NCBI GenBank assembly: GCA_036846445.1
Contig: DAIUBZ010000001.1
Span: 1 to 36,941 of the forward strand
DNA: 36,941 nucleotides
Source of the DNA: Sphingopyxis sp.
GTDB taxonomy: Bacteria; Pseudomonadota; Alphaproteobacteria; Sphingomonadales; Sphingomonadaceae
Reading direction: 5' to 3'
Shown: positions 26,736 through 36,657 of the stretch, one piece after another
Position numbering within the stretch: the first letter of the stretch is position 1
Layout of the letters: every line of letters begins with the position of its first letter
Position numbers and translations under genes: made by a program
The notes under the pieces: model-generated
Databases searched by the model: none
The model's input: only the letters and a program-made list of their open reading frames with translations
Told to the model about the DNA's origin: nothing

Positions 26736-29700
26736 AGCTGATCGGCTTTGCCATCAGCCGGTGGCAAATCACGCTGGTCCTGTTCGCGCTGATGGCGGGC
26801 CTTGGCATCAGCGCGCTGAACGCGATACCCCGCTCGGTCGACCCGCATTTTCCCATCCCCATCGTGCTGGTGCTGGCCAGCCAGCCGGGTGCGGACCCCG
26901 CCGACATGGAACAGACGGTCATCAAACCGGTCGAGGAGGCGGTGCGCGGGCTGGACAATATCCGCGAGGTGAACGCGCGGGCGACCGATGGCTTTGCCTC
27001 GGTCATCGTCGAATTTGACTGGGGCAGCGACACCGAGGCCAATTATGACGGCGTGATCCGCGAGGTGAACGCGATCCGCGACCGGCTGCCGTCCACGGTG
27101 GCGCGGGTGGAGTTTCGCAAATTTCGCACCACCGAATCCACCGCGGTGCAATTGGCGATGACCAGCAAGGGCGCATCGCCCCGGCGGCTGGCCAAATATG
27201 CCGAGGATTTGCGCGAGGAACTGGCCAAGGGCGACGGCGTGCGCGAGGCGCGGGTGTTCGGGCTGGCCGCGCCGGAAATTGCCGTGGCGATTGATCCGGT
27301 GCGGCTGGCGCGGCTGGGCCTGCCGGTCACGGCGGTTGCCGACGCGCTGCGGGTGGCGGGCAGCGATTTGCCGCCCGGCGCGGTCGAGGCCGGCGGCGGG
27401 CGCTTCAACGTCAAGACCGCCGGGGTGTTCCGGTCGGTGGAAGATGTGGCGGATGTGCCGCTGCGCGCCGCCGATGGCCGGGTGGTGCGGGTGGCCGATG
27501 TGGCGCGGGTGGCGTGGGACACCGCCGAGGTGACGCATATCGCCCGCCACAATGGGGTGCCCGCGCTGTGGCTGGCGGTGAACCAACGCGACAACAGCGA
27601 CGTGCGGTTGGTGCGCGATGCCGCCATGGCCACGGTCGAGCGGTTCCGCGCCACCATGCCGCCGGACATTGCGGTGGAATTGGTGTTCGACCAAAGCCTG
27701 GACGTGCGCGCGAAGCTCAGCGTGCTGGCCCGCGATTTCACCATTGCGGTGGCGCTGGTGCTGCTGACCCTGTTGCCGCTGGGCCTGCGCGCCTCGCTGG
27801 TGGTGATGGTGTCCATCCCGCTCAGCCTGGCGATGGGGGTTCTGGGCATGTATCTGCTCGGCTTTACCCTCAACCAATTGGCGATCACTGGCTTTATCGT
27901 CGCGCTGGGCCTGCTGGTCGATGACAGCATCGTCGTCACCGAAAATATCGCCCGCCATTTGCGGATGGGCGAGGACCGGATGACTGCCGCGATCAACGGC
28001 ACCCGCGAAATCGCCGTGGCGGTGCTGGGCTGTACCGCGGTGTTGTTGTTTGCATTTTTGCCGCTGGTATTTTTGCCCGAGGGCGCGGGGATGTTCACCC
28101 GGTCGCTGCCGCTGGCGGTGCTGGTCACGGTGCTGGCGTCTTATGTGATTTCCATGACGATCGTGCCGTTTCTGGCGTCGCGCATCCTGCCGCGCCACGA
28201 AGCGCCAGATGGCAACCGGGTGCTGCAATGGGTGATGGCGGGGATTCGCCGCTTTTATGGCCCGCTGCTCCACTGGTCACTCACCCACCCGCGCCGGGCG
28301 CTGACGCTGGCGATGGGGCTGTGCGTGGCCGCGTTCGGACTGGTCCCGGTGATCGGCACCAGCCTGTTTCCCACCGCCGATGCCACCTATTTCGCCGTTG
28401 AGGTGGACGCGCCGCAGGGGGCTAGCCTGGCCCGCACCGACGCCGCCGTGCGTTTTGTCGATGCCGAACTGGCGCGCGAGCCAAAGGTGATTCAGCGGCT
28501 GGCCAATGCCGGGCGCGGCAATCCGCAAGTATTTTACAATGTCCGCAGCGATGCCGAGGCCAGCAATATCGGCAATGTCATCGGCATTGTCGCCAAATAT
28601 GAAGGCGAGACGACCAAGGCGATGTTCGCCCGGCTGCGCGCCCGGTTCGACACCTATCCCGATGCCCGCATTACCTTGCGCGAATTTCAAAATGGCCCGC
28701 CGATTTCCCAGCCAATCGCCGCCGACATTATCGGCCCGGATCTGGCGGTGCTCAAACGCCTGTCGCTCGAGGTCGAGGCCGCGTTTCGCGCTGCCAATGG
28801 CACCCGCGACGTCAGCAATCCGTTCGCGGCCGACCGGGTGGACCTCGATCTGGGCATTGACGCGGCCCGCGCCGCCGCGCTGGGCATCCAGCCCGGCACC
28901 ATCCGCCGCGTCACCCGGATGGCGGTGGCGGGCGAGACGAGCGGGCGGCTGCGCGATGAGGAGGGCGATGATTTTCGCGTTGTCACCCGCCTGCCGCGCG
29001 GCGAGACGCCCATGGTCAGCCAGCTCGGCGATATTTATGTGCCCAGCGCCAATGGCGGCATCGTCCCGCTGGCCCAGATCAGCACCCCCCGGCTGGAAAG
29101 CGCGCCGTCCAGCATCACCCGGCGGCAACAGCAACGATCGGTCCGGGTCGGCGCTTTTGTCGAGGAGGGCGCGCTGACCTCGCGGGTGAGCGAAGATGTT
29201 TACGCCCGGGTGGCCAAGGTGGAACTGCCGCCGGGATACCGGATCGTGCAGGAGGGCGAGGCCGACGCCTCCGCCCGCACCTTTGGCGGCATGGGGCCGA
29301 TCGTGATGCTGGCGCTGTTCGGCATTTTGGCGGTGCTGGTGCTGGAATTTGGCCGGTTCCGCGAGACGATTGTGGTGGCCGGGGTCATCCCGCTGGGCAT
29401 GTTTGGCGGGCTGGTCGCGCTGTTCCTGACTGGCAACAGCTTAAGTTACAATGCGGTGATCGGCTTTGTCGCGCTGATCGGCATCGAGATTAAAAACTCC
29501 ATCCTGCTGGTCGATTTCACCACCCAGTTGCGCCAGCAGGGGGTGGAATTGCGCGCCGCGATCGAGCGGGCGGGCGAGGTGCGGTTCCTGCCGGTGCTGC
29601 TGACCAGCCTGACCGCAATCGGCGGGCTGATGCCGCTGGCGCTGTCGGGGTCGGGCCTGTTTTCGCCGCTGGCGTGGGTGATTATCGGCGGGCTGGTGTC

Positions 29701-29830
29701 GTCCACCCTGCTGTCCCGCATTGTTACCCCGGTCATGTATCTGCTGCTGGTGCGCGGCGCGCCGCCGCTGGCCGATCCCAGCGCGCCGGTGTCGCTGGAA
29801 GCGCGCGAGGCCGCCGGCTTGGCGGGATAG
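26732..29830 (+). CDS. RND efflux permease (AcrB/AcrD/AcrF family)
   Basis: 1032 aa. TM4 [16 protein letters not shown]10 [10 protein letters not shown] and TM11 [11 protein letters not shown] carry the proton-relay residues. Confidence 0.95.
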   Translation: MKLIGFAISRWQITLVLFALMAGLGISALNAIPRSVDPHFPIPIVLVLASQPGADPADMEQTVIKPVEEAVRGLDNIREVNARATDGFASVIVEFDWGSDTEANYDGVIREVNAIRDRLPSTVARVEFRKFRTTESTAVQLAMTSKGASPRRLAKYAEDLREELAKGDGVREARVFGLAAPEIAVAIDPVRLARLGLPVTAVADALRVAGSDLPPGAVEAGGGRFNVKTAGVFRSVEDVADVPLRAADGRVVRVADVARVAWDTAEVTHIARHNGVPALWLAVNQRDNSDVRLVRDAAMATVERFRATMPPDIAVELVFDQSLDVRAKLSVLARDFTIAVALVLLTLLPLGLRASLVVMVSIPLSLAMGVLGMYLLGFTLNQLAITGFIVALGLLVDDSIVVTENIARHLRMGEDRMTAAINGTREIAVAVLGCTAVLLFAFLPLVFLPEGAGMFTRSLPLAVLVTVLASYVISMTIVPFLASRILPRHEAPDGNRVLQWVMAGIRRFYGPLLHWSLTHPRRALTLAMGLCVAAFGLVPVIGTSLFPTADATYFAVEVDAPQGASLARTDAAVRFVDAELAREPKVIQRLANAGRGNPQVFYNVRSDAEASNIGNVIGIVAKYEGETTKAMFARLRARFDTYPDARITLREFQNGPPISQPIAADIIGPDLAVLKRLSLEVEAAFRAANGTRDVSNPFAADRVDLDLGIDAARAAALGIQPGTIRRVTRMAVAGETSGRLRDEEGDDFRVVTRLPRGETPMVSQLGDIYVPSANGGIVPLAQISTPRLESAPSSITRRQQQRSVRVGAFVEEGALTSRVSEDVYARVAKVELPPGYRIVQEGEADASARTFGGMGPIVMLALFGILAVLVLEFGRFRETIVVAGVIPLGMFGGLVALFLTGNSLSYNAVIGFVALIGIEIKNSILLVDFTTQLRQQGVELRAAIERAGEVRFLPVLLTSLTAIGGLMPLALSGSGLFSPLAWVIIGGLVSSTLLSRIVTPVMYLLLVRGAPPLADPSAPVSLEAREAAGLAG

Positions 29831-29855
29831 GCACCGGCGTGCTAGGCGGCGCGGC

Positions 29856-31082
29856 ATGAGCGACTATCAATCTGACCTGCTGCGCCTGCTGGGCGCGCGC
29901 GGCTACCTCCACCAACTGACCGACGCTGCCGGGCTGGACGCGCTGGCCAGCCGCCAGATCATTCCGGGCTATATCGGCTTTGACGCCACCGCGCCGTCGC
30001 TGCACATCGGCAGCCTGGTTCAGATCATGTTGCTGCGCCGCCTGCAACAAAGCGGGCACAAGCCGATTGTGGTGATGGGCGGCGGCACCACCCGCATTGG
30101 CGATCCCACCGGGCGGGACACCAGCCGGGCCATGCTGTCGGACGCGGATATTGCCGCCAATATCGCGTCCATTCGCACCATTTTTGACCGGCTGCTGACC
30201 TTTGGCGACGGGCCGACCGACGCGGTGATGGTCGACAATCAGGACTGGCTGGGGCAGCTTGGCTATATTGAATTGCTGCAAAGCGTCGGCCCGCATTTCA
30301 CCATCAACCGGATGCTGACCTTTGATTCCGTCCGGCTGCGGCTGGAGCGGGAGGCGCCGATGACCTTCCTGGAATTCAACTATATGATCCTTCAGGGCTA
30401 TGATTTCCGCGAGCTGGCCCGCACCCATGGCGCGCGCTTGCAAATGGGCGGGTCGGACCAGTGGGGCAATATCGTCAGCGGCATTGATCTGGCCCGGCGG
30501 ATGGACGGCGCCGAATTGTTCGGCCTGACCACCCCGTTGCTGACCACCGCCAGCGGAGCGAAAATGGGCAAAACCGCCGCCGGGGCAGTGTGGCTGAACG
30601 ATGATGCGCTGCCCGCTTATGATTTTTGGCAATATTGGCGCAACGTCGATGACCGCGACGTGGGGCGCTTCCTGCGGCTGTTCACCGATATGCCGCTGGA
30701 TGAAGTCGACCGGCTGGCCGCGCTGGCCGGGGCGGAGGTGAATGCCGCCAAAAAAGTGCTGGCCGACGCGGTGACGACCCTGTGCCGGGGCGAGGCGGCG
30801 GCAGCAGCAGCAGCCGCAACCGCAGCCGATGCGTTTGAGCGCGGGCGGCTGGGCGGCGATTTGCCCAGCATCGCCGCCGGGGCCGACGGAATGACGCTGG
30901 TGGATGCCCTGCGCGCGCTGGGTTTTGCGGCATCGAACAAGGAGGCGCGGCGCAAGCTGGACGAGGGCGCGGTGCGCGTGGATGGCGCGGTGGTGCGCGA
31001 TTCCAACCTGCGCCTGATTCCGGGCGACCAGCCGGTGGCGGTGACGCTGGGCAGCAAAAAGCGCGGGCTGGTCACGCGCTGA
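29856..31082 (+). CDS. tyrS: Tyrosine--tRNA ligase
   Basis: [55 protein letters not shown] and C-terminal S4-like domain. Confidence 0.97.
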   Translation: MSDYQSDLLRLLGARGYLHQLTDAAGLDALASRQIIPGYIGFDATAPSLHIGSLVQIMLLRRLQQSGHKPIVVMGGGTTRIGDPTGRDTSRAMLSDADIAANIASIRTIFDRLLTFGDGPTDAVMVDNQDWLGQLGYIELLQSVGPHFTINRMLTFDSVRLRLEREAPMTFLEFNYMILQGYDFRELARTHGARLQMGGSDQWGNIVSGIDLARRMDGAELFGLTTPLLTTASGAKMGKTAAGAVWLNDDALPAYDFWQYWRNVDDRDVGRFLRLFTDMPLDEVDRLAALAGAEVNAAKKVLADAVTTLCRGEAAAAAAAATAADAFERGRLGGDLPSIAAGADGMTLVDALRALGFAASNKEARRKLDEGAVRVDGAVVRDSNLRLIPGDQPVAVTLGSKKRGLVTR

Positions 31083-31164
31083 CCGCGCAAGCCTGCGGCC
31101 ATTTACCCTTTGTTGACGGGTCAGGATGCATTTTGGCGCGGTTATTGCTCAAAGGACGATGGCC

Positions 31165-31506
31165 ATGCGCAAGATTTCGCCCACCACCGCCAGCTTCACC
31201 GGGCTGGACCAGCGGGTTGCCCCGCGCAGCAATATTTATTGCCGCCTGCCGATGGTGATGCCGGACGGGCGACAGGAAATGGGCACCTGTGTCAACATCA
31301 GCGCCGACGGGATTTTGGTGCGGACCGAAAGCCGGATTGAAACCGGCGATATGGTGATTGTCAAAATGCCGGTCATTGGCCGGATCGCCGCCCGGGCGAT
31401 CTGGACAGTCGCGGGCAAGATTGGCCTGCAGTTTGACCGAATGATCCCGGTGGAAGATTATCTCCCGCTGCTGAAAGCCCTGGGGGTGTCGGCCCAGCCG
31501 AACTGA
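31165..31506 (+). CDS. Stand-alone PilZ-domain protein
   Basis: RVAPR (RxxxR) and NISADG ([D/N]xSxxG) motifs, and ..AIW....IGLQF. SD AAGGA lies 8 nt before ATG 31165. Confidence 0.85.
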   Translation: MRKISPTTASFTGLDQRVAPRSNIYCRLPMVMPDGRQEMGTCVNISADGILVRTESRIETGDMVIVKMPVIGRIAARAIWTVAGKIGLQFDRMIPVEDYLPLLKALGVSAQPN

Positions 31507-31515
31507 TCGGCGCGG

Positions 31516-33258
31516 TCAATCGCGCGGTGGGCGCGCCGCAGGCTGCGCGCCGCCGCGAATAATCTCGCGGCGCAGGCTGGCCCGGACCTCGTGGATCGAC
31601 GCGATGACTGGTCCCATCGGCAGCCCCAGGTCCAGCAGCACCGCCTCGCCCAGTTGCAGCGAGCTTTCCAGCGTTTCCGGCACCGCATCCGACGCCCCCG
31701 CCTCATATAAGCGGGTGGCGTGGTCGCCGTCGCGGGCGCGGGCGATGATCGGCAAATCGGGGTAGCGCGCGCGAATCCGGCGGGTCAGCGCCAGTTGCTG
31801 GACCGGATCGTCCATCGTCATCACCACCGCCTCGGCAGTGTCCAACCCCAGCCGCCGCACCCCGCCGCTGCGCGCCACATCGGCAAAGCGCACGTTGAAC
31901 CCCGCGCGCTGGGCCGCCGCCACCGCATCAATATCGGCATCGACCGCCAGATAGCGGCGGCCATGGATTTTCAGCAGCCCGGCGACGGTCTGCCCCACCC
32001 GGCCGCAGCCGATGATGATCGTGCGCGCCGCCGGGCTGTCCGGTTCGGGCGCCGGCGCGCTGGCCATGTCAATCCGCCGGGCGATATTGTGGCCCAGCCG
32101 CGCCAGCAGCGGCGTGATCGTCAGCCCGATGGCAGTCACCAATTGCCAGAATCCGGCCACATCGGCGCTGATCAGCCCAGCAGCCAGCGCCGCCGCCAGC
32201 ACGATCAACGTGGTTTCCGACGGGCTGGCCATCAGCACCCCGACCTCTGCCGCTGTGCTCCGCCGCGCGCCGGACAGGCGCAGCAACAGGCCCGTCACCA
32301 GCGCCTTGACCACCAACACCCCCAGCACCGCACCCAGCAATGCAGGCCACTGGGCGGCAATGGTCGCCAGGTTCAGGCTCATGCCGATGCTGATCAAAAA
32401 TACGCCCAGTGCCAACCCCTTGAACGGGTCGATAATCGCCTCGACCTCGGTGGAATATTCGGTCTCGGCGATCAAAAACCCGGCCAAAAGCGCGCCGAAA
32501 ATCGGCGACAGCCCGACGGCCCCGGTGGCCAGGGCCGCGGCGATGACGACGAGCAGGCTGGCCGCCAGAAACACCTCAGGGCTTTTCGTGCGGGCAGCCT
32601 GGGCAAAAATGATCGGCAACGCCCACCAGCCAATCGCGGCCAGCACCGCGATCACCGCCGCCCCCTGCCACAATATGGTCAGCGCGCCGTCCAGACCCGG
32701 CGTTTGGGAGCCAACGGCGCCGAGCAGGAAGATGATCGGCACCAGCGCCAGATCTTCGAACAACAACATGGCAAAGGCAGCGCGGCCAACCGCGGTTTTG
32801 GTGCCGCTGATCCGCAGCACCAGCGCGGTTGATGACAAGGCCAGCGCAATGCCCAGTCCCGCCGCCGGCCCCCAGTCCGCGCCGCCAAACAGCGCCAACC
32901 CCGCCGCCAGCACCATGCCGCAGCCCAGCAATTGCGCCGCGCCCACCCCGAACACCAGCGCCCGCAAATCCCACAAGCGGCGAAACGACAGTTCCAGCCC
33001 GATGGAAAACAACAGCAAAATCACGCCCAATTCGGCAAAGGGCGCAATCACCTCGACATCGGTGATCGTGAGATATTTCAGCCATGGATAAGCGGGGGTG
33101 AGCGCGCCCAGCGCCGCCGGGCCAACCAGCACGCCAAACAGGATGAAGCCGATCACCGGGGTGATACGGATGCGGGCAAACAGCGGGATGACAATGCCCG
33201 CCCCCGCCAGGATTATCAGCGCATTGCCCAGTCCGGGTGCGTGCAGTTCAGTCGCCAT
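31516..33258 (-). CDS. CPA2 cation:proton antiporter with TrkA-N/KTN domain (KefB/KefC-like)
   Basis: AELGVILLLFSIGLELS, ALSSTA, LLFEDLA, IDPFKGL and KTN domain IIIGCGRVG..IIARARD..VPETLESSLQL. Confidence 0.92.
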   Translation of the reverse strand: MATELHAPGLGNALIILAGAGIVIPLFARIRITPVIGFILFGVLVGPAALGALTPAYPWLKYLTITDVEVIAPFAELGVILLLFSIGLELSFRRLWDLRALVFGVGAAQLLGCGMVLAAGLALFGGADWGPAAGLGIALALSSTALVLRISGTKTAVGRAAFAMLLFEDLALVPIIFLLGAVGSQTPGLDGALTILWQGAAVIAVLAAIGWWALPIIFAQAARTKSPEVFLAASLLVVIAAALATGAVGLSPIFGALLAGFLIAETEYSTEVEAIIDPFKGLALGVFLISIGMSLNLATIAAQWPALLGAVLGVLVVKALVTGLLLRLSGARRSTAAEVGVLMASPSETTLIVLAAALAAGLISADVAGFWQLVTAIGLTITPLLARLGHNIARRIDMASAPAPEPDSPAARTIIIGCGRVGQTVAGLLKIHGRRYLAVDADIDAVAAAQRAGFNVRFADVARSGGVRRLGLDTAEAVVMTMDDPVQQLALTRRIRARYPDLPIIARARDGDHATRLYEAGASDAVPETLESSLQLGEAVLLDLGLPMGPVIASIHEVRASLRREIIRGGAQPAARPPRD

Positions 33259-33321
33259 GCGCCTTTATGCACAGTGCGCCGCCGATTGTCAGGGCGAAAG
33301 GCGGGACCAGCCGGAATAAAC

Positions 33322-34539
33322 TTACCAGCGGTCCATGGCGCTTTCCAAATTGGTGCGGATCGCCTCGAAAAACTGTTCGGTCGTCATCCAATTCTGGTCC
33401 GGCCCGATTAACAGTGCCAAATCCTTGGTCATCGCCCCCTGCTCGACCGTTTCAATACACACCCGCTCCAGCGTCTCGGCAAAGCGGGTGACATCCGGGG
33501 TCTCGTCAAATTTGCCCCGGAACTTCAGTCCGCCCGTCCAGGCAAAGATGCTGGCGATGGGGTTGGTCGAGGTCGCCTTGCCAGCCTCGTGCATCCGGAA
33601 ATGGCGGGTGACAGTGCCGTGCGCCGCCTCTGCCTCCACCGTCTTGCCGTCGGGCGTCATCAAAATGCTGGTCATCAGGCCCAGCGAGCCAAAGCCCTGT
33701 GCCACCTGGTCGGACTGGACATCGCCGTCGTAATTTTTGCAGGCCCAGACAAAATTGCCGTTCCATTTCAGCGCGCTGGCCACCATGTCGTCAATCAGCC
33801 GGTGCTCATAGACGATTTTGGCGGCGGCGAATTTGTCCTTGAATTCGGCCTGAAACACCTCCTCGAACAGATCCTTGAACCGGCCATCATAGGCCTTCAA
33901 GATCGTATTCTTCGTGGACAGATAGACCGGCCAGCCGCGGCCAAGGCCATAGTTCAGCGACGCGCGCGCAAAGTCGCGGATGGAATCGTCAAGATTGTAC
34001 ATCCCCATCGCCACGCCCGATGACGGAAACTGGAACACCTCCTCATCGATGATGGTGCCATCCTCGCCCTCGAACACCAGCCGCAATTTGCCGGGGCCGG
34101 GCACCCGGAAATCAGTGGCCTTATATTGATCGCCAAAGGCATGGCGGCCGACCACAATCGGGTTGGTCCAGCCGGGGATCAGCCGGGGAACGTTGCTGAT
34201 GACGATCGGTTCACGAAACACCACGCCGCCCAAAATGTTGCGGATGGTGCCGTTGGGCGATTTCCACATGGATTTCAGGCCAAACTCCTCAACCCGCGCC
34301 TCGTCCGGGGTGATGGTGGCGCATTTGACCCCGACACCATATTTCTGGATGGCGCGGGCCGACTCGACGGTGATCCGGTCGTTGGTTTCATCGCGCTTTT
34401 CGATGCCAAGGTCGTAATAATGCAGATCAATGTCGAGATAGGGCAGGATCAGCCGCTCGCGGATCCATTGCCAGATGATCCGTGTCATCTCGTCGCCGTC
34501 CAGTTCGACAACCGGGTTTGCGACCTTGATCTTGCCCAT
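33322..34539 (-). CDS. icd: NADP-dependent isocitrate dehydrogenase
   Basis: [59 protein letters not shown] and [11 protein letters not shown]. Confidence 0.98.
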   Translation of the reverse strand: MGKIKVANPVVELDGDEMTRIIWQWIRERLILPYLDIDLHYYDLGIEKRDETNDRITVESARAIQKYGVGVKCATITPDEARVEEFGLKSMWKSPNGTIRNILGGVVFREPIVISNVPRLIPGWTNPIVVGRHAFGDQYKATDFRVPGPGKLRLVFEGEDGTIIDEEVFQFPSSGVAMGMYNLDDSIRDFARASLNYGLGRGWPVYLSTKNTILKAYDGRFKDLFEEVFQAEFKDKFAAAKIVYEHRLIDDMVASALKWNGNFVWACKNYDGDVQSDQVAQGFGSLGLMTSILMTPDGKTVEAEAAHGTVTRHFRMHEAGKATSTNPIASIFAWTGGLKFRGKFDETPDVTRFAETLERVCIETVEQGAMTKDLALLIGPDQNWMTTEQFFEAIRTNLESAMDRW

Positions 34540-34578
34540 GATACAACCTTTGCTGCGGGGAGGTAAAGAATGCGCTTG

Positions 34579-34607
34579 GCCTTAGGCAAAGCGGTCCCGC
34601 CGGTCAA
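34579..34607 (-). promoter_or_regulatory. Candidate sigma70 promoter of icd
   Basis: Minus strand TTGACC (34607-34602), 17-nt spacer, TAAGGC (34584-34579). Confidence 0.6.
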
Positions 34608-34657
34608 TCCGGGGCGGGGCGTGGCGCGGCTGGGCGGGCCGGCCGGGGTGACGAGCG

Positions 34658-34686
34658 TTGCCATGGCGGGCGGCGGTGGGTAAGGT
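34658..34686 (+). promoter_or_regulatory. Candidate sigma70 promoter of psd-pssA
   Basis: TTGCCA (34658-34663), 17-nt spacer, TAAGGT (34681-34686), 6 nt before the psd ATG. Confidence 0.6.
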
Positions 34687-34692
34687 GAAGCC

Positions 34693-35430
34693 ATGACCGA
34701 ACCCCAAACCCCATCCAACCAGCCCGGCGGCGGCGGCAAATGGCGCTGGCCTGCCGTCCATCCGGAAGGCCGGAAATTCGTCGTGATCGCCGCGGCAATC
34801 TGCCTGGCCTTTGCCTTTCTGGCCTGGGAAACGCTGGCGTGGCCGATGGCCGGGGTCACCATCTGGGTGGCGGCCTTTTTCCGCGATCCGGTGCGGGTGA
34901 CGCCGCAAGATCCGGCGCTGGTGGTTTCCCCGGCGGACGGGCTGGTGACGCTGATCGCCGAGACGCTGCCGCCGCCGGAATTGCGCGGCCCCGGCGCGCT
35001 GGGCGATGCGCCGGTCGTGCGGGTGTCGGTGTTCATGAGCGTGTTTGACGTCCACATCAACCGCGCCCCCATCACCGGGATCATCCGCCAGCTGGTCTAT
35101 ATCCCCGGCAAATTCCTGAACGCGGATCTGGACAAGGCCAGCGAGGACAATGAGCGGCAACATTTCATGGTCGAACGCGCCGATGGGGTGCGGATTGGCT
35201 TTACCCAGATTGCCGGATTGATTGCCCGGCGGATCATGCCGTTTGTCACGGTTGGCACCAGCGTCGGGGTTGGCGAGCGGGTGGGGCTGATCCGCTTTGG
35301 TAGCCGGGTCGATGTCTATCTGCCCGCGGGCACCATGCCGATGGTGATGATTGGCCAGCGGACATTGGCCGGCGAAACCGTGATTGCCCGGCTGGGCGAC
35401 AGTGAGCAGCGGTTTGGCACCGCCGCCTGA
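34693..35430 (+). CDS. psd: Phosphatidylserine decarboxylase proenzyme
   Basis: [36 protein letters not shown] and the self-cleavage site RFGSRVD. Confidence 0.95.
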   Translation: MTEPQTPSNQPGGGGKWRWPAVHPEGRKFVVIAAAICLAFAFLAWETLAWPMAGVTIWVAAFFRDPVRVTPQDPALVVSPADGLVTLIAETLPPPELRGPGALGDAPVVRVSVFMSVFDVHINRAPITGIIRQLVYIPGKFLNADLDKASEDNERQHFMVERADGVRIGFTQIAGLIARRIMPFVTVGTSVGVGERVGLIRFGSRVDVYLPAGTMPMVMIGQRTLAGETVIARLGDSEQRFGTAA

Positions 35431-35431
35431 C

Positions 35432-36205
35432 ATGCGGCTGACCGCCGCGCCGAGCCTGACCCTGCGCGGCTTTGTGCCCAATGCAATCACGGCATTGGCG
35501 CTGTGTTTTGGTCTGACCGGAGTGCGGTTTGCAATTGCCGGCAATTGGGAAATGTCGCTGGCGGCGGTGGTGTTCGCCGGGGTGCTGGACGGGATGGACG
35601 GCCGGATTGCCAGGTTGCTGCGCGCGCAGAGCCGGTTCGGGGCCGAGCTGGATTCGCTGTCCGACGTGATTGCCTTTGGCGTGGCCCCGGCGATCATCCT
35701 GTTTTTATGGTCGTTGCAGGACGCGCCCAAATTCGGGTGGACGGTGGCGCTGGCGCTGGCGGTGTGCTGTGCGTTGCGGCTGGCGCGGTTCAACAGCCGG
35801 CTGGACAGTGCCGCCACCTTGCATGCCCAGACCGGCTTTCTGACCGGCGCGCCCGCGCCCGCCGCCGCCGGTCTGGCGTTTGTGCCGATATATTTGTGGC
35901 TGATTACCGGCGATGACCTGTTCCGCCAATGGCAGGTGGTGATGCCATGGGCGGCCTGTATCGCCATTTTGATGATTTCCAGCCTGCCCACCTATGGCTG
36001 GTCATTGTTTCGGCCGCGTCCGGCATGGCGGCTGCCCGCACTGGCGGCGGTGGCGCTGACCGGAACTGCACTGGTCACGGTGCCATGGCTGACCCTGATG
36101 GCCATTTCAGTGGTTTATGTGGCGCTGATGCCGTTTGGCTATTTCGCGTTCCGCCGGGTCAAGCGGCGGCATCAAGCCCAATTTGCGGCCGGACCACCGC
36201 CATAG
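35432..36205 (+). CDS. pssA: CDP-diacylglycerol--serine O-phosphatidyltransferase
   Basis: PNAIT, CDP-alcohol phosphotransferase motif DGMDGRIAR..SRFGAELDSLSD, and LRLARFN. Directly follows psd. Confidence 0.92.
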   Translation: MRLTAAPSLTLRGFVPNAITALALCFGLTGVRFAIAGNWEMSLAAVVFAGVLDGMDGRIARLLRAQSRFGAELDSLSDVIAFGVAPAIILFLWSLQDAPKFGWTVALALAVCCALRLARFNSRLDSAATLHAQTGFLTGAPAPAAAGLAFVPIYLWLITGDDLFRQWQVVMPWAACIAILMISSLPTYGWSLFRPRPAWRLPALAAVALTGTALVTVPWLTLMAISVVYVALMPFGYFAFRRVKRRHQAQFAAGPPP

Positions 36206-36410
36206 CCGTGTCACGCCCCGGACCATGGGCCCGGCGTGCCGCCGCCCGCCCATGCTGGCCGCCAGGGCGGTGGAGAGGCGCGCTGACGAGCGGCGCGCCA
36301 GTCAGTGCGGCGGCGAGCTGATCCCAATGCCGGGCAAAGCTGCCCACCACCACCACGCATGCCACCACGCCGCTGCTGGCCACCAGCAATGCCACCAGAA
36401 AATCCGCCAT
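36159..36410 (-). CDS. Putative LexA-regulated small membrane protein (83 aa)
   Basis: ATG 36410 with upstream purine-rich AGAGGG, an N-terminal hydrophobic helix FLVALLVASSGVVACVVVVGSF and an Arg/Ala-rich tail ending LDAAA. LexA box about 60 nt upstream. The 3' end overlaps pssA by 47 nt. Confidence 0.6.
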   Translation of the reverse strand: MADFLVALLVASSGVVACVVVVGSFARHWDQLAAALTGAPLVSAPLHRPGGQHGRAAARRAHGPGRDTAMAVVRPQIGLDAAA

Positions 36411-36471
36411 CGCCTGTTTTCCCTCTGATTGCGCCGCAGGGCGGCTGTTGTTCGTTCTTAAATCCTGATAA

Positions 36472-36486
36472 GTTCGTCTTATGTTC
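36472..36486 (-). promoter_or_regulatory. Alphaproteobacterial LexA box
   Basis: GTTC-gtcttat-GTTC on the + strand, which reads GAAC-ataagac-GAAC on the - strand, as at imuA. It lies downstream of TTGACG (36506-36501, minus strand) and covers the expected -10 position. Confidence 0.85.
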
Positions 36487-36571
36487 TTTTTATTCGCCGA
36501 CGTCAATGGCCAAAATATACCCCCCGCAGCGGTGGTTGCATTCGGCGGCCAGCCGGGCTAAGCGCGCCGCT

Positions 36572-36657
36572 CATTCCACATGGTGGGCGCACATACCGGT
36601 GCCCGGGCCAGTCCCGGGTTCTTGCCCGCCAGAGGATTAACCGGAAGGAGAAAGACC
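36572..36657 (+). promoter_or_regulatory. rpsB 5' leader, probable S2 autoregulatory structure
   Basis: CCGGT (36596-36600) can pair with ACCGG (36640-36644), which abuts the SD AAGGAG. Internal CCCGGG/CCCGGG hairpin at 36602-36618. Upstream promoter-like TTGCAT (36536)-N17-TAAGCG (36559). Confidence 0.55.

Noticed and set aside
13515..28273. Other long opposite-strand ORFs (13909-16206, 17759-19090, 20348-22348, 23142-24818, 24695-26206, 26252-28273)
   Set aside because: Each lies opposite a confidently identified gene and has low-complexity or motif-free translation.
36411..36506. Longer 115-aa version of the small ORF starting at TTG 36506
   Set aside because: That TTG is the -35 element and the extension runs through the LexA box. 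ATG 36410 has an SD-like sequence and begins the hydrophobic helix.
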